NCBI GenBank assembly: GCA_963798915.1
Contig: CAWCVB010000005.1
Location: 249,291-313,290 of the forward strand
Source of the DNA: an uncultured Gemmatimonadales bacterium
GTDB taxonomy: Bacteria; Gemmatimonadota; Gemmatimonadetes; Gemmatimonadales; GWC2-71-9
DNA: 64,000 nucleotides
Reading direction: 5' to 3'
Below the pieces are notes generated by a model. The model searched no databases and was not told where the DNA came from. It saw nothing but the letters and a program-made list of their open reading frames with translations. Below are positions 10,098 to 19,623 of this stretch, piece by piece; position 1 is the stretch's first letter, and the number at the start of each line of letters is the position of its first letter. Both the position numbers and the translations under genes were made by a program.

Positions 10098-10943
10098 TCA
10101 GCCGCGGCGCGTCGGGTCGAGCGCATCCTGCAGTGCGTCACCCAGCAGGGTGGACGCCAGGACCACCAGCACGAGCGCCACGCCGGGCGCGAGTGCCACC
10201 CACGGCGCATTCACGAGCGTGTCACGCCCGGAGGCGATCATCGTGCCCCACGATGAGGCGGGAGGTTGGACGCCGACGCCAAGGAAGGAGAGCCCCGCCT
10301 CGAGCATGATGGCGTTGCCAAATCCGAGTGCTGCCGCGACCAGCGCCGGAGTGAGCACGTTGGGGATCACGTGCCGCATGAGCAGGCGGAGCCGGTTCCC
10401 ACCCAGCGCTCTCGCGCTATCAATAAACGGCCGGGCCATGATCGAACGCGCCTCGCCAAAGACCAGTCGTGCGACGCTCATCCACCCGGTGACGCCCAGG
10501 ACAATCACTACCAGCGCGGCACTCGGCTGCCAGAGCGCGGCAAGCAGGAGGAGGAGCACCACGCGGGGCAGGGCCAGGGCGAAGTCCGTGGCGGCGAGCA
10601 GGCCGGTGCGCACTACGCCGCGGGAGGCGCCGGCGATGGCGCCGATCGAGACGCCGAGCAGCGAAGAAATGAGTACGGCCAGCGCCCCGACCGTGAGCGA
10701 CAGGCGAGCACCATAGAGCAGGCGAGCCCAGACATCCCGGCCCAGCCGGTCGGTGCCAAGCAAATGATAGATGCCTCGAAAGTCGGTGGAGCCCGGCCCC
10801 AGAAACCGGGTGGCGACCACGTCAGTCGTGGTATCGGGCCCGATGCTGGTGACCATAGGCGCCGCCACGGCCAGCGTGATAATGGCGCCCAGGATCAGTG
10901 CGCCTGCGAAAGCGCGGCCGTCCCGTCTCCTGCGGCCCATCAT
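10098..10943 (-). CDS. Peptide/nickel-type ABC permease, DppC/OppC-like
   Basis: HLLGTDRLGRDVWARLLYGARLSL, FIDSARALG, HVIPN, EAGLSFLGVG, SWG; ATGA overlap with dppB-like gene. Confidence 0.92.
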   Translation of the reverse strand: MMGRRRRDGRAFAGALILGAIITLAVAAPMVTSIGPDTTTDVVATRFLGPGSTDFRGIYHLLGTDRLGRDVWARLLYGARLSLTVGALAVLISSLLGVSIGAIAGASRGVVRTGLLAATDFALALPRVVLLLLLAALWQPSAALVVIVLGVTGWMSVARLVFGEARSIMARPFIDSARALGGNRLRLLMRHVIPNVLTPALVAAALGFGNAIMLEAGLSFLGVGVQPPASSWGTMIASGRDTLVNAPWVALAPGVALVLVVLASTLLGDALQDALDPTRRG

Positions 10944-11911
10944 CGGGCGTGTCCCCGAAGCCGCGGATCGGTCCATGCCGCGAGCCACTCGGCCAGCAGA
11001 TTGCCCACGACGACCAGTGTTGCGATGATCGCCGTGGAGGCCATGACGACCGGATAGTCGCGCGCCTGGACAGCGCCCACCAGGACCCGGCCCACTCCGG
11101 GCCATGCGAAGATAGCTTCGACGAACACCGCGCCGGAGAACAGGGCCGGCAGCGAAAGGCCGAGCAGCGTCACCACCGGGACGAGCGCGTTCCGAAGCAC
11201 ATGATGGAAGCGGATGCGACGCCTCGAGATGCCCTTTGCAGCGGCGACCGTGACGAACGCTTCGCCCTGAATGTCGAGCATCGCGGCGCGGACAAATCGC
11301 GCGGTGCCCGCGAGCCCGATCAGGGTGAGGGTGCAGAGTGGCAAGAGCAGGTGCCGGAGTGCGTCGAGAATCCGGGCTCCCGGCGCCAGGAAATCTGCAT
11401 CGAGTCCGGTGGCCCCGAAGGCGGGCAGCCAGCGCAGCGCGTAGGCGAACAGCATGATGAGCATGAGCCCGAGCCAGTAGCTGGGCATCGCGAACAGGGT
11501 GACCGTCAAGATGGAGAGGCCGGTGTCCACGGACGAGCGGTTGTGCGCCGCCTGCACCGCGCCGATGGCGATGCCGAGCAGGTAGCTCAAGAGCAGCGAC
11601 AGTCCGGCCAGCTCCACGGTGCGCGGCCATGCGCGGCCGATCATCCGGCGGACCGGCTCGCCCGTCGCGATGGAGCGGCCCCAGTCGCCGCGCACGAACG
11701 CCGCGGCCCAGCGGCCCAGCTGCGCCGGAAGCGGCTGGTCCAGTCCCAGCGCCCGACGCTGCGCTGCAACCTGTCCCGGAGCCGCGTCGGGTCCGAGAAG
11801 TCGCCGCACCGGGTCGCCCGGAGCCGCGTGGAGCAGGATAAACGTCAGCACCAGGACCCCGCCAATCACGGCGGCACCACGAGCCAGGCGGACCAGCATG
11901 GATGCCAGCAT
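10940..11911 (-). CDS. Peptide/nickel-type ABC permease, DppB/OppB-like
   Basis: APGDP, GLDQPL, GDWGRS, AAAKG, HVLRNAL, VEAIFAWPGVG, RDYPVV. Confidence 0.93.
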   Translation of the reverse strand: MLASMLVRLARGAAVIGGVLVLTFILLHAAPGDPVRRLLGPDAAPGQVAAQRRALGLDQPLPAQLGRWAAAFVRGDWGRSIATGEPVRRMIGRAWPRTVELAGLSLLLSYLLGIAIGAVQAAHNRSSVDTGLSILTVTLFAMPSYWLGLMLIMLFAYALRWLPAFGATGLDADFLAPGARILDALRHLLLPLCTLTLIGLAGTARFVRAAMLDIQGEAFVTVAAAKGISRRRIRFHHVLRNALVPVVTLLGLSLPALFSGAVFVEAIFAWPGVGRVLVGAVQARDYPVVMASTAIIATLVVVGNLLAEWLAAWTDPRLRGHAR

Positions 11912-11927
11912 GGGCCTATTCTACCGC
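11912..11927. promoter_or_regulatory. Candidate bidirectional leaderless promoter (overlapping -10 elements)
   Basis: + strand TATTCT 11917-11922, 5 nt before ATG 11928; - strand TAGAAT 11923-11918, 6 nt before ATG 11911. Confidence 0.6.
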
Positions 11928-13361
11928 ATGATGGAAGCACGAAACAGGCGGAAGGCCTGGGTGGTAATTTTGGCCCTCGCCGGGTGCACCCCGTCCGCGT
12001 CCCGGCGCGGCGCCACCGTGATGTTCGCATCCGGGGCCGACCTGCAGAGTATCAATCCCCTGCTCACGCCGCATCCGCTGGCGCACCAGGTGCAGCGCTA
12101 TGTGCTCTTCACCACCCTCGTCCGGCGCGACTCCCTCATGCAGATGCGGCCCTACCTCGCGCGCGCCTGGCACTGGTCAGCCGGCCGGCGAGAGCTCACG
12201 TTCACCCTGCATTCCGATGTCCGCTGGCATGACGGCGCGCCGACCACTGCCCGCGATGCTGCATGGACACTGGAGGCCGCCTGCGACAGCGTCACGGGAT
12301 TCCCGCGCTACCAGGAGCTCCGGAACCTCAAGGCGGTTCGCGCGACCAACGACAGCACGCTCGTGCTCACCTTCGGCGATGCGCAGTCCGCCATACCTGA
12401 CGTGCTGAGCGACCTGGCGATCCTGCCGGTACATCTGCTGGGCCGGGTGCCGCACGCCGCGCTTCGATCTGCCCAGTTCAACGAGCACCCGGTGGGCAAC
12501 GGGCCTTTTCGCTTTGTCTCCCACGAGGCCAATCGTCGCTGGGTGTTTCGCCGGAATGCGGACTTCCCGGCGTCACTCGGCGGCCCGCCGAAGCTCGATC
12601 GGTTCATCGTGGTTGTCGTGGATGAGCCCGCGACCAAGTTGGCGGCACTCACATCAGGCGAGCTCGATTTCGCCGGCATTCAGCCGGCGCATGCCTCCTT
12701 CGTCCGGCGAAATCCTGACCTGGCGGTCGTCACCTACCCGCTGCTCTTCACCTATGGGATCGTGCTGAATACCCGGCATGCGCCGTTCGACGACCTGCAC
12801 GTGCGCCAGCGGCTCTCGAACGCACTCGATCGCACGGAGATCGTGAATGGCTACCTGTTCGGCTTCGGGACGCCTGCGTGGGGACCGGTCCCGCCAGGCT
12901 TGCCGGGTGCGTTGGCACCGCCCGCTGAGGCAGAGGGCAGCGCGGTTCCTGCCGCGGCGGGCAGGATATCGTTCGAGCTGCTGACGGTCGGGTCTGGTGA
13001 AGCGGCCCTGGAGCAGCTGGTACAGGCACAGCTGGCGAGGGCCGGATTCGACGTTCATATCCGCCAGATGGAGCTGTCCGCCTTTCTCGATCGAGTCCAT
13101 GGCGCTGATCATGAGTTCGATGCCGCAGTCCTCGGCGTCGCCGGCGATCCTGGGCTCGGCTACCTTGCCCCGTTGCTCGAATTGAGCGGACTCGCCTCGA
13201 GCGGCGGCGCTGAGCAGCAGCAGCGTACATTTGCTCAGGAGATTCCCGTCGCGTTTCTCTATCACGCACGAGGCCTGCAGGGTATGAACCGCCGGGTACA
13301 TCACGTGACCATGGATCTCCGCGGCGAGCTGCCGACTGTGGCGCAGTGGACGGCCCAGTGA
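11928..13361 (+). CDS. ABC substrate-binding lipoprotein, family 5 (peptide-type)
   Basis: LAGC lipobox; PYLARAW, LTFTLHSDVRWHDG-PTTARD, PVGNGPFRF. Confidence 0.9.
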   Translation: MMEARNRRKAWVVILALAGCTPSASRRGATVMFASGADLQSINPLLTPHPLAHQVQRYVLFTTLVRRDSLMQMRPYLARAWHWSAGRRELTFTLHSDVRWHDGAPTTARDAAWTLEAACDSVTGFPRYQELRNLKAVRATNDSTLVLTFGDAQSAIPDVLSDLAILPVHLLGRVPHAALRSAQFNEHPVGNGPFRFVSHEANRRWVFRRNADFPASLGGPPKLDRFIVVVVDEPATKLAALTSGELDFAGIQPAHASFVRRNPDLAVVTYPLLFTYGIVLNTRHAPFDDLHVRQRLSNALDRTEIVNGYLFGFGTPAWGPVPPGLPGALAPPAEAEGSAVPAAAGRISFELLTVGSGEAALEQLVQAQLARAGFDVHIRQMELSAFLDRVHGADHEFDAAVLGVAGDPGLGYLAPLLELSGLASSGGAEQQQRTFAQEIPVAFLYHARGLQGMNRRVHHVTMDLRGELPTVAQWTAQ

Positions 13362-14341
13362 CGGTGCGCCGCGCGCACGCGGCGGCACCCGTGCGTCTGG
13401 ACCTCGCCGGTGCGTGGACTGACGTGCCCCCGTTCTCGGAGCGAGAAGGCGGGGCCATCGTCGCCGTGGCCATCGACCTCAAGGTGCATGTCAATGTCCT
13501 TCCCGGCGGCCACATCGTGCAGCTGATTGCGGAGGACCTGGGCGTGCACGAGCAGATGGGCGATGCTCCCTCCAGCGTGCCCGTCCTTTCTCATGCGGTG
13601 CGGCGCCTGCCGGTCGGCGGCGCCACCATCATCTCGCGAAGCGATGCGCCCCCCGGCTCGGGGCTGGGCACCAGCGGCGCGCTCGGGGTCGCCGCCATCG
13701 CTGCGCTGCACCATGCACGGGGCGATGAGATCTCACCCGCTCGCGCAGCGCAGGAAGCATGGGAAGTCGAAACCAGGGACGCAGCGATTCCTGGCGGACG
13801 CCAGGACCAGTGGATGGCCGCTCTCGGCGGTTTTCGCTATCTCGAATTCTGCGATCCGGACATCCGGACCGAGCCGCTCGCGCTCGACGCGGCCTTCGTG
13901 ACGGAGCTGCAAGAGGCGATGGTGCTCTGCTACACGGGCGTGTCCCGAGTTTCCGGCAGCACCATCGCCCGGGTGATGGCAAGATATGAGGCGGGCGATG
14001 CCGAGGTGACCGATGCGTTGCGCGGCCTGCGGCAGCTGGCTGACGAAATGACCGCTGCGCTGCGCGCCGGCTCCATCGGGGAAGTCGCTGCCATCCTGAA
14101 CCGCAACTGGCAGTTGCAGCAGCGGCTCGACCCGGCGATGTGTACACAGGAGATGGCCACGCTCGAGCGTGCGGCTGCAGCCCATGGTGCACTGGGTGGA
14201 AAGGCAGCCGGCTCGGGCGCCGGTGGATGCATGTTCTTCGTGGCGCCCGGCTGCCGCGATGCCGTGGAGGCCGCGGCACGCGATGCCGGTGCGACAATTC
14301 TCAAAGTGCAGTGGGCACGGGAGGGTGTCACCACGTGGTAA
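13358..14341 (+). CDS. GHMP family sugar kinase (HddA/fucokinase-like)
   Basis: APVRLDLAGAWTD, PPGSGLGTSG, GGRQDQW, GKAAGSGAGG. Confidence 0.88.
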   Translation: MTVRRAHAAAPVRLDLAGAWTDVPPFSEREGGAIVAVAIDLKVHVNVLPGGHIVQLIAEDLGVHEQMGDAPSSVPVLSHAVRRLPVGGATIISRSDAPPGSGLGTSGALGVAAIAALHHARGDEISPARAAQEAWEVETRDAAIPGGRQDQWMAALGGFRYLEFCDPDIRTEPLALDAAFVTELQEAMVLCYTGVSRVSGSTIARVMARYEAGDAEVTDALRGLRQLADEMTAALRAGSIGEVAAILNRNWQLQQRLDPAMCTQEMATLERAAAAHGALGGKAAGSGAGGCMFFVAPGCRDAVEAAARDAGATILKVQWAREGVTTW

Positions 14342-17049
14342 CGGCGGAAGATCTCGACGTGCGTCGGGCCCGGGTCAATGAGTCTGCCGACCTGCTGGCA
14401 TTGGAAAAGCGGATCGCCCAGGCGTCGGAACGGCTCCTGGCCACGATGCCGGTGGTGCCGGGCGAAAAGGCGCTGCTGTCGCGCGGTGGCGGACACTGTC
14501 CGGCTGACGGTACGCCGCTGGGTTTCGATCCCTGGTGCCCCGAACGGTGGACCTGCGCCGAATGTGGCGCGACGGCCGAGGGCGAACGGCACCGGCGCCA
14601 CTGGGCGCGCTACCAGCATCTCTGGCTCGCGGAACAGTCCGCCTCGCTCGCCGCTCTGTCGGCCCTCGGGGGGCATTCGCAGGCCGCCGATCGGGCAGCC
14701 GCCATCCTGCGAGCCTATGGCGACTACGCCGGGTATCCCAACGTTGACAACGTGCTAGGCCCGGCTCGCCTGTTCTTCTCCACCTATCTCGAATCGGTCT
14801 GGCTGAGCAACTGGCTTGCCGCCGCCGTGATGCTGCGGGAGGCCGGCCAGCTTCCCGCGGATCTGCCCGCGATCGTGGACGAGGTGGCCGATGAGGCCGC
14901 ATCCATCATCGGCGAGTTCAACGAGGGGTTCTCCAACCGACAAGTCTGGCATTCGGCGGCGCTCAGCGCCGTCGCCGTGTGGTTCGAGGATGCCGAGCTG
15001 GCGGAGCGTGCCATCGAAGGCGACAATGGCCTCCTCTCCCTCATGGCGCACGGTCTGGGCGGGGACGGGATGTGGCATGAGGGCGAGAACTATCACCTCT
15101 TCGCCCTGCAGGGCATGCTGACCGGCATTCGTTGGGCCAGGCTTTGCGGCATGGACCTCGTCGCTGATCCGTCGCTGGCGGCACATCTCGCGGCGGCCCT
15201 CCGCGCGCCGCTGATCACGGCGCTGCCTGATGCGACCTTCCCGGCGCGAAAGGATTCGCGATTCGGTGTGTCGCTCGCCCAGCCCATGTACCTGGAACTC
15301 TGGGAAGTCGGTCTGGGAATGCTCACCGGACGTGAGGGAGCGGATCTCGGGGGCATGGCCGACTGGCTTCGCGAGCGATACCGTGATCCGGCGCCGCCAG
15401 CCCGCCTGTTCGACTCGTGGTTGTATGAAGCCGGCCAGCCACTCCCACCGATGCGGGACCGGACCTCGCTCTCATGGAACGTCCTGCTGGAGGGCGTGCC
15501 TGAGCTGCCCGAGGAGGAGACCTGGACACCGCCCAGCACTCTCATGCAGTCGCAGGGGCTCGCCATCCTGCGTGACCCTCGGCGGTACGTGAGCCTTGAA
15601 GCTGGAGTGTGGAGCGGTGGGCATGGGCATCCCGACCGGCTCCATCTTTCGTACTTTGCCGATGGCGTCAACTGGCTCCCGGATCAGGGCGCAGGCAGCT
15701 ATCAGGATCCCGATCTCTTCTGGTATCGCTCGACCCTGGCGCACAACGCGCCGCTGCTGGATGGGCGATCACAACATGGTGGCGATGCGCATTGTGACGC
15801 ATTCGAGGTCGGGCCGTGGTCCTGGGTCCAGGCCAGTTGGGACGATGTCACGCGGACAATCGTGCTGGGACCCGACTACCTGCTCGATGTGGTGCACCTT
15901 GCCAGCGCGCAGCGCCGGCGACTCGAGCTCCCCTGGCATTTCGCCGGGACGCTCACCAGTACGCCTTCGGAACTCGCGACCGACGTGTCACTGGGCGACT
16001 TTGTTCGGGACGTGCGCCATATCGCGCCTGACGCGGAACGACAGGGCTGGTCGCTCGCCTGGATCGAGCGTGACCAGCACCTGATTGCCAGCATGGCTGG
16101 CGAGGGGGATCTCTACTCGGCCGACGGTCCGGGCCTGCCGGGCGGTCCCGGCCGGCGGTTCGTGTTGCGCCGCGCCAGCGGGATCGATCTCCGTTTCGTG
16201 ACGGTCGTGTGCGCAGAAGGTGAGGCACCGCACCTATCACTGGAAGGGGCGACCATCATCGTGGAGCGCGGCGGCGAGCGGCACGTGCACGCCGCACTCA
16301 GTGACGGATGGGAGGTGCAGCTCGGCACCAGTCGGGTCCGGTTGGGCGGCCGCCTGCTCAGACAACCACCTTTCGAACCGTTGTTGACGCGAATCCGCAA
16401 CGAGCCCGCCCGCGGCACCGCCCTCCTGGTGCCGGAGCCGCCGGAGCTCGACGGCACGCTCCAGGGCTTCGACACCACCGCACCGCTCATGCTGGACCAC
16501 GATGACCAGTACCGCCGAAGCGAGTCGCCCTACCTGGGCCCCGAGGACTTCAGCGCCGAGGCCTCGGTCAATTGGGACCAGGATGCCCTGTACGTCGCCG
16601 CGGAGATCCACAAGGATGCGCTCCAGTTCCGCCCTGGCGACTCGACGCCGCTCGACTTTGACAACGAAGTGGAGGATATCAACTCGGATGGATTGCAGCT
16701 CTATCTTCGGGCTCCTGACGGTGAACTCTGGGGGGCGCTCGTGGTGCCGGAGGAAGGCGGCGGCCTCCGCGTTCGCGGCGTCGGCGAGACATTGGTCACG
16801 CCGGGCTCCGTGACCGGCGCCTGGCAGCGAGTCAAGGGGGGTTATCGCGTCACCCTCGCCCTCGCACCGACGTTCTGGGGCGACCTTGCCCTCGCCAACG
16901 AGGTCCGCTTCGACCTTGCGATCAACGAAATGCGCCCGGGCCGACAGCGTCGCGCGGGACAATTGATCTGGAGCGGCGGCGGCGGCTGGGTCTACCTGCT
17001 TGGTGACCGGCAGGACGTTGCACGGCTCGGTGTGCTCGACCTGGCATGA
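14335..17049 (+). CDS. Heparinase II/III-like polysaccharide lyase with C-terminal CBM9/DOMON-like domain
   Basis: SNRQVW, WHEGENYH, GHGHPDRL, WYRSTLAHN; C-terminal WDQDALYVA, NSDGLQLY, FDLAINE; N-terminal CPxDG...CxxC; GTG after GGAGGG. Confidence 0.8.
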   Translation: MVTAEDLDVRRARVNESADLLALEKRIAQASERLLATMPVVPGEKALLSRGGGHCPADGTPLGFDPWCPERWTCAECGATAEGERHRRHWARYQHLWLAEQSASLAALSALGGHSQAADRAAAILRAYGDYAGYPNVDNVLGPARLFFSTYLESVWLSNWLAAAVMLREAGQLPADLPAIVDEVADEAASIIGEFNEGFSNRQVWHSAALSAVAVWFEDAELAERAIEGDNGLLSLMAHGLGGDGMWHEGENYHLFALQGMLTGIRWARLCGMDLVADPSLAAHLAAALRAPLITALPDATFPARKDSRFGVSLAQPMYLELWEVGLGMLTGREGADLGGMADWLRERYRDPAPPARLFDSWLYEAGQPLPPMRDRTSLSWNVLLEGVPELPEEETWTPPSTLMQSQGLAILRDPRRYVSLEAGVWSGGHGHPDRLHLSYFADGVNWLPDQGAGSYQDPDLFWYRSTLAHNAPLLDGRSQHGGDAHCDAFEVGPWSWVQASWDDVTRTIVLGPDYLLDVVHLASAQRRRLELPWHFAGTLTSTPSELATDVSLGDFVRDVRHIAPDAERQGWSLAWIERDQHLIASMAGEGDLYSADGPGLPGGPGRRFVLRRASGIDLRFVTVVCAEGEAPHLSLEGATIIVERGGERHVHAALSDGWEVQLGTSRVRLGGRLLRQPPFEPLLTRIRNEPARGTALLVPEPPELDGTLQGFDTTAPLMLDHDDQYRRSESPYLGPEDFSAEASVNWDQDALYVAAEIHKDALQFRPGDSTPLDFDNEVEDINSDGLQLYLRAPDGELWGALVVPEEGGGLRVRGVGETLVTPGSVTGAWQRVKGGYRVTLALAPTFWGDLALANEVRFDLAINEMRPGRQRRAGQLIWSGGGGWVYLLGDRQDVARLGVLDLA

Positions 17050-18212
17050 ACGATCACCTGCCCGGGTTCACGTCGACGGGAAGCAAGCGGCCTGAATCGC
17101 TGTATGGCTCGGCCCATCCTGCGGGCGTTCCGCTGCGCATGCGTTCGGCGGCGGGATGCCGGGTGTCAGGCGAGGATGGTCGTGAGTATCTCGATTTCAT
17201 CATGGGATTAGGGGCCGTGGCCCTGGGCTACGCGCACCCCGCTGTCACCACGGCCATCCAGCGAGCGGCCGCCGAAGGCGTGGTGGGTCCACTCTCGCCG
17301 GTGCTCGAGGAGCAGGTTGCTGCGCATCTGGGGCGGATCATGCCGTGGGCTGAGCAGGTGCGGTTTCTGAAGACCGGGGCCGAGGCAGTTGCCGCCGCGA
17401 TTCGGCTGGCCCGGAGCTTCAGCGGGCGCTCGCGGGTGTTGGGCTGCGGCTACCATGGATGGCTTGACGGTACCCAGGTGGCGGGCACGCAAGGCGTGCC
17501 GCCGGAGATCACCTCATGCTTTTCCGTGCTGCCCTTCAACGACCCGGACGCGGCGGCGCGTGAGGTACGGCTCGCGGGCGACGCCCTGGCCGCCGTCATT
17601 GTCGAGCCGGTCATCGAAGAGCCTCCCTCGGTCGAGTGGCTGGCTACCCTCCGCCGTGAAACGCGACAGGTGGGCGCGCTGCTCATCTTCGATGAGATCA
17701 AGACGGTCGGGCGTGTCGCGCTGGATGGGGCCGCGGGGCGCTGGGGTGGCGAGCCGGATCTGGTGGTGCTCGGCAAGGCCATCGCGAACGGAATGCCGCT
17801 GGCCGCGGTTGCCGGTCGGCGGGACGTGATGGCCGAGGCGACGCGCACCTGGATCAGTTCGACCCTTGCGACCGAGTTTGTCTCGCTCGCAGCGGCCGAA
17901 GCCACGTTGCTCGAGCTGGAACGCCAGTCTGTGCCCGCTCACCTCCAGCGCGTCGGCACGCTGCTGCTGGATGGACTGCACCGGCTGGCTGACCGATATC
18001 CTGCTGCCCTGCGCCGGGCGGTCGGGCTGCCGGAAATGTGCTTCCTGGAGTTCGTGACCGGGGACCACGGCCGGGACATTGTGGCCGGCTGCGCCCGCCA
18101 GGGCGTACTCTTCAAGCGTTCAGCTTACAACTTCGTGTCCCTCGCACACGACGAGCGCGCCGTTGCCGGCGCGCTCGACATATTGGACTCCGTGGTGCAG
18201 GGCGTCTGCTAA
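17046..18212 (+). CDS. Class III PLP aminotransferase (GSA aminomutase-like)
   Basis: DGREYLDF, LGYAHP, KTGAEA, GYHGW, FDEIKT, LGKAIANG. Confidence 0.9.
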   Translation: MNDHLPGFTSTGSKRPESLYGSAHPAGVPLRMRSAAGCRVSGEDGREYLDFIMGLGAVALGYAHPAVTTAIQRAAAEGVVGPLSPVLEEQVAAHLGRIMPWAEQVRFLKTGAEAVAAAIRLARSFSGRSRVLGCGYHGWLDGTQVAGTQGVPPEITSCFSVLPFNDPDAAAREVRLAGDALAAVIVEPVIEEPPSVEWLATLRRETRQVGALLIFDEIKTVGRVALDGAAGRWGGEPDLVVLGKAIANGMPLAAVAGRRDVMAEATRTWISSTLATEFVSLAAAEATLLELERQSVPAHLQRVGTLLLDGLHRLADRYPAALRRAVGLPEMCFLEFVTGDHGRDIVAGCARQGVLFKRSAYNFVSLAHDERAVAGALDILDSVVQGVC

Positions 18213-18709
18213 CGGGATCCGGGCGATGGCTGGCCACCACCGGCGCGTCCCCGGCGTTCCTGCCTCTGCCGCTCGGTTTCGCCCTTCTCCCACGCGTCAT
18301 ACTTGGTCTTCTGCTCGGGCGTGAGCAGGGCGGACACGCCCTCATCGAACGTCTGGGCCGCCTGTTGCAAGGAGGCCATCTGAGCCCGCGAGCCCTGCAT
18401 CATTTCTCTCGCCTGGTCCCGGTTGCCGGCCTGCATGGCTTCCCTGGCCTTGGCTCGCGTACTGGCGAGGCTGTCGCGCATGGCCTTGGTGGCCTGCAGG
18501 TGGCTGGCGCGAAGCTTGGTGTACTTGGCCGATTGATCGGCATTGAGGCCGAGCGCTTTGGTGAGCACGTCGGCGGTGGGGGGAGCTGCCGTGACATAGG
18601 GACTCATGCCGGCCATCCGGCCCATGCCAGGCCCGGTGCCGGCTTGGGCCGCAAGGGCGGCCGGTGCGAGCAGGGCCAGGAATGCGAACTGCAGGGAACG
18701 CGTCTTCAT
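18209..18709 (-). CDS. Secreted helical Spy/CpxP (LTXXQ)-like protein
   Basis: Signal peptide MKTRSLQFAFLALLAPAALAAQA; LGLNADQ and LLTPEQKTKY; GGAGG RBS. Confidence 0.7.
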   Translation of the reverse strand: MKTRSLQFAFLALLAPAALAAQAGTGPGMGRMAGMSPYVTAAPPTADVLTKALGLNADQSAKYTKLRASHLQATKAMRDSLASTRAKAREAMQAGNRDQAREMMQGSRAQMASLQQAAQTFDEGVSALLTPEQKTKYDAWEKGETERQRQERRGRAGGGQPSPGSR

Positions 18710-18787
18710 GCTGATGCCTCCAAGGGGTTCGTGCGGGCTCACTGTCGGGCCCGGTTGAGATACGCGCGAGGGCTGGACGGCGTTGAC

Positions 18788-18816
18788 TCGACAGCGGCAC
18801 CCGGCCGCGTCATCTT
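18788..18816 (+). promoter_or_regulatory. Candidate sigma70-like leaderless promoter of the amidohydrolase operon
   Basis: TCGACA-17 nt-CATCTT, then 6 nt to GTG 18823; no RBS. Confidence 0.45.
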
Positions 18817-18822
18817 CCGCCT

Positions 18823-19623
18823 GTGCTGATCGACGTCCACGTCCACTTCCTCCACGCTCGTTCGCCCCGGGCCGACTGGCGCGAACGCAACGCAAGCCGC
18901 CTGCGGGCTGCTGAACGCATCGGGATCACCTGGCAGGTCTCGTCTGTGCTGGGGTCCTGGGGCGCTCGCTCGCCCATCTACTTCCCGTCGCCCGCGGACG
19001 TCACCCTCGCCAACGAGATCCAGCGTGAGATTGTGTCCCAGTATCCGGACCGGGTGCGGGGCTATGCCGTGGTCAATCCCAACTTTACGGAGCATGCGCT
19101 CCAGGAAATTGAGCGGGGGAGGCATGGTGGCATGATCGGGGTCAAGCTTGCCGCCAGCCGGCGCGCCGATGACGACCTGCTGGATCCGGTCTGCGTTGCG
19201 GCTGAGGACCACGGCTTTCCCGTGCTGCAACATGTGTGGCAGCACCGGCGCCAGGATTTTCCGGGTCAGGAGGCGTCGGACGCGGTGGAACTGTGTGCGC
19301 TTGCACGGCGGCATCCGCGCGTCGCCTTTATCCTGGCGCATATTGGCGGCGGCGGCGACTGGCTCCATTCGCTTCGAGCCGTGCGGAGAGCCGAGAACGT
19401 ATTCGTAGATCTTTCGGGCAGTGGGGTCGATGGCGGCATGCTGGAGCAGTGTATTCACGCAGTCGGCGTCGGGCGGCTGCTGTGGGGTACCGATCTCACC
19501 ATCGGGACAGGCCTGGCCAAGCTGCGATATCTGGAGCGGCAACTCGACGCAGCAGCGCTGGACCAGGTGCGCTGGCGCAACGCCGCATCCATCTTCCCGG
19601 CTGGCAGCTTTCCGGAGCGCTAA
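18823..19623 (+). CDS. Amidohydrolase family metal-dependent hydrolase
   Basis: IDVHVH, GVKL, LQH, LAHIGGG, LLWGTD. Confidence 0.9.
   Translation: MLIDVHVHFLHARSPRADWRERNASRLRAAERIGITWQVSSVLGSWGARSPIYFPSPADVTLANEIQREIVSQYPDRVRGYAVVNPNFTEHALQEIERGRHGGMIGVKLAASRRADDDLLDPVCVAAEDHGFPVLQHVWQHRRQDFPGQEASDAVELCALARRHPRVAFILAHIGGGGDWLHSLRAVRRAENVFVDLSGSGVDGGMLEQCIHAVGVGRLLWGTDLTIGTGLAKLRYLERQLDAAALDQVRWRNAASIFPAGSFPER

Noticed and set aside
10075..11927. dppBC-like pair as an invertible segment
   Set aside because: No flanking inverted repeats or recombinase; a bidirectional promoter explains the orientation
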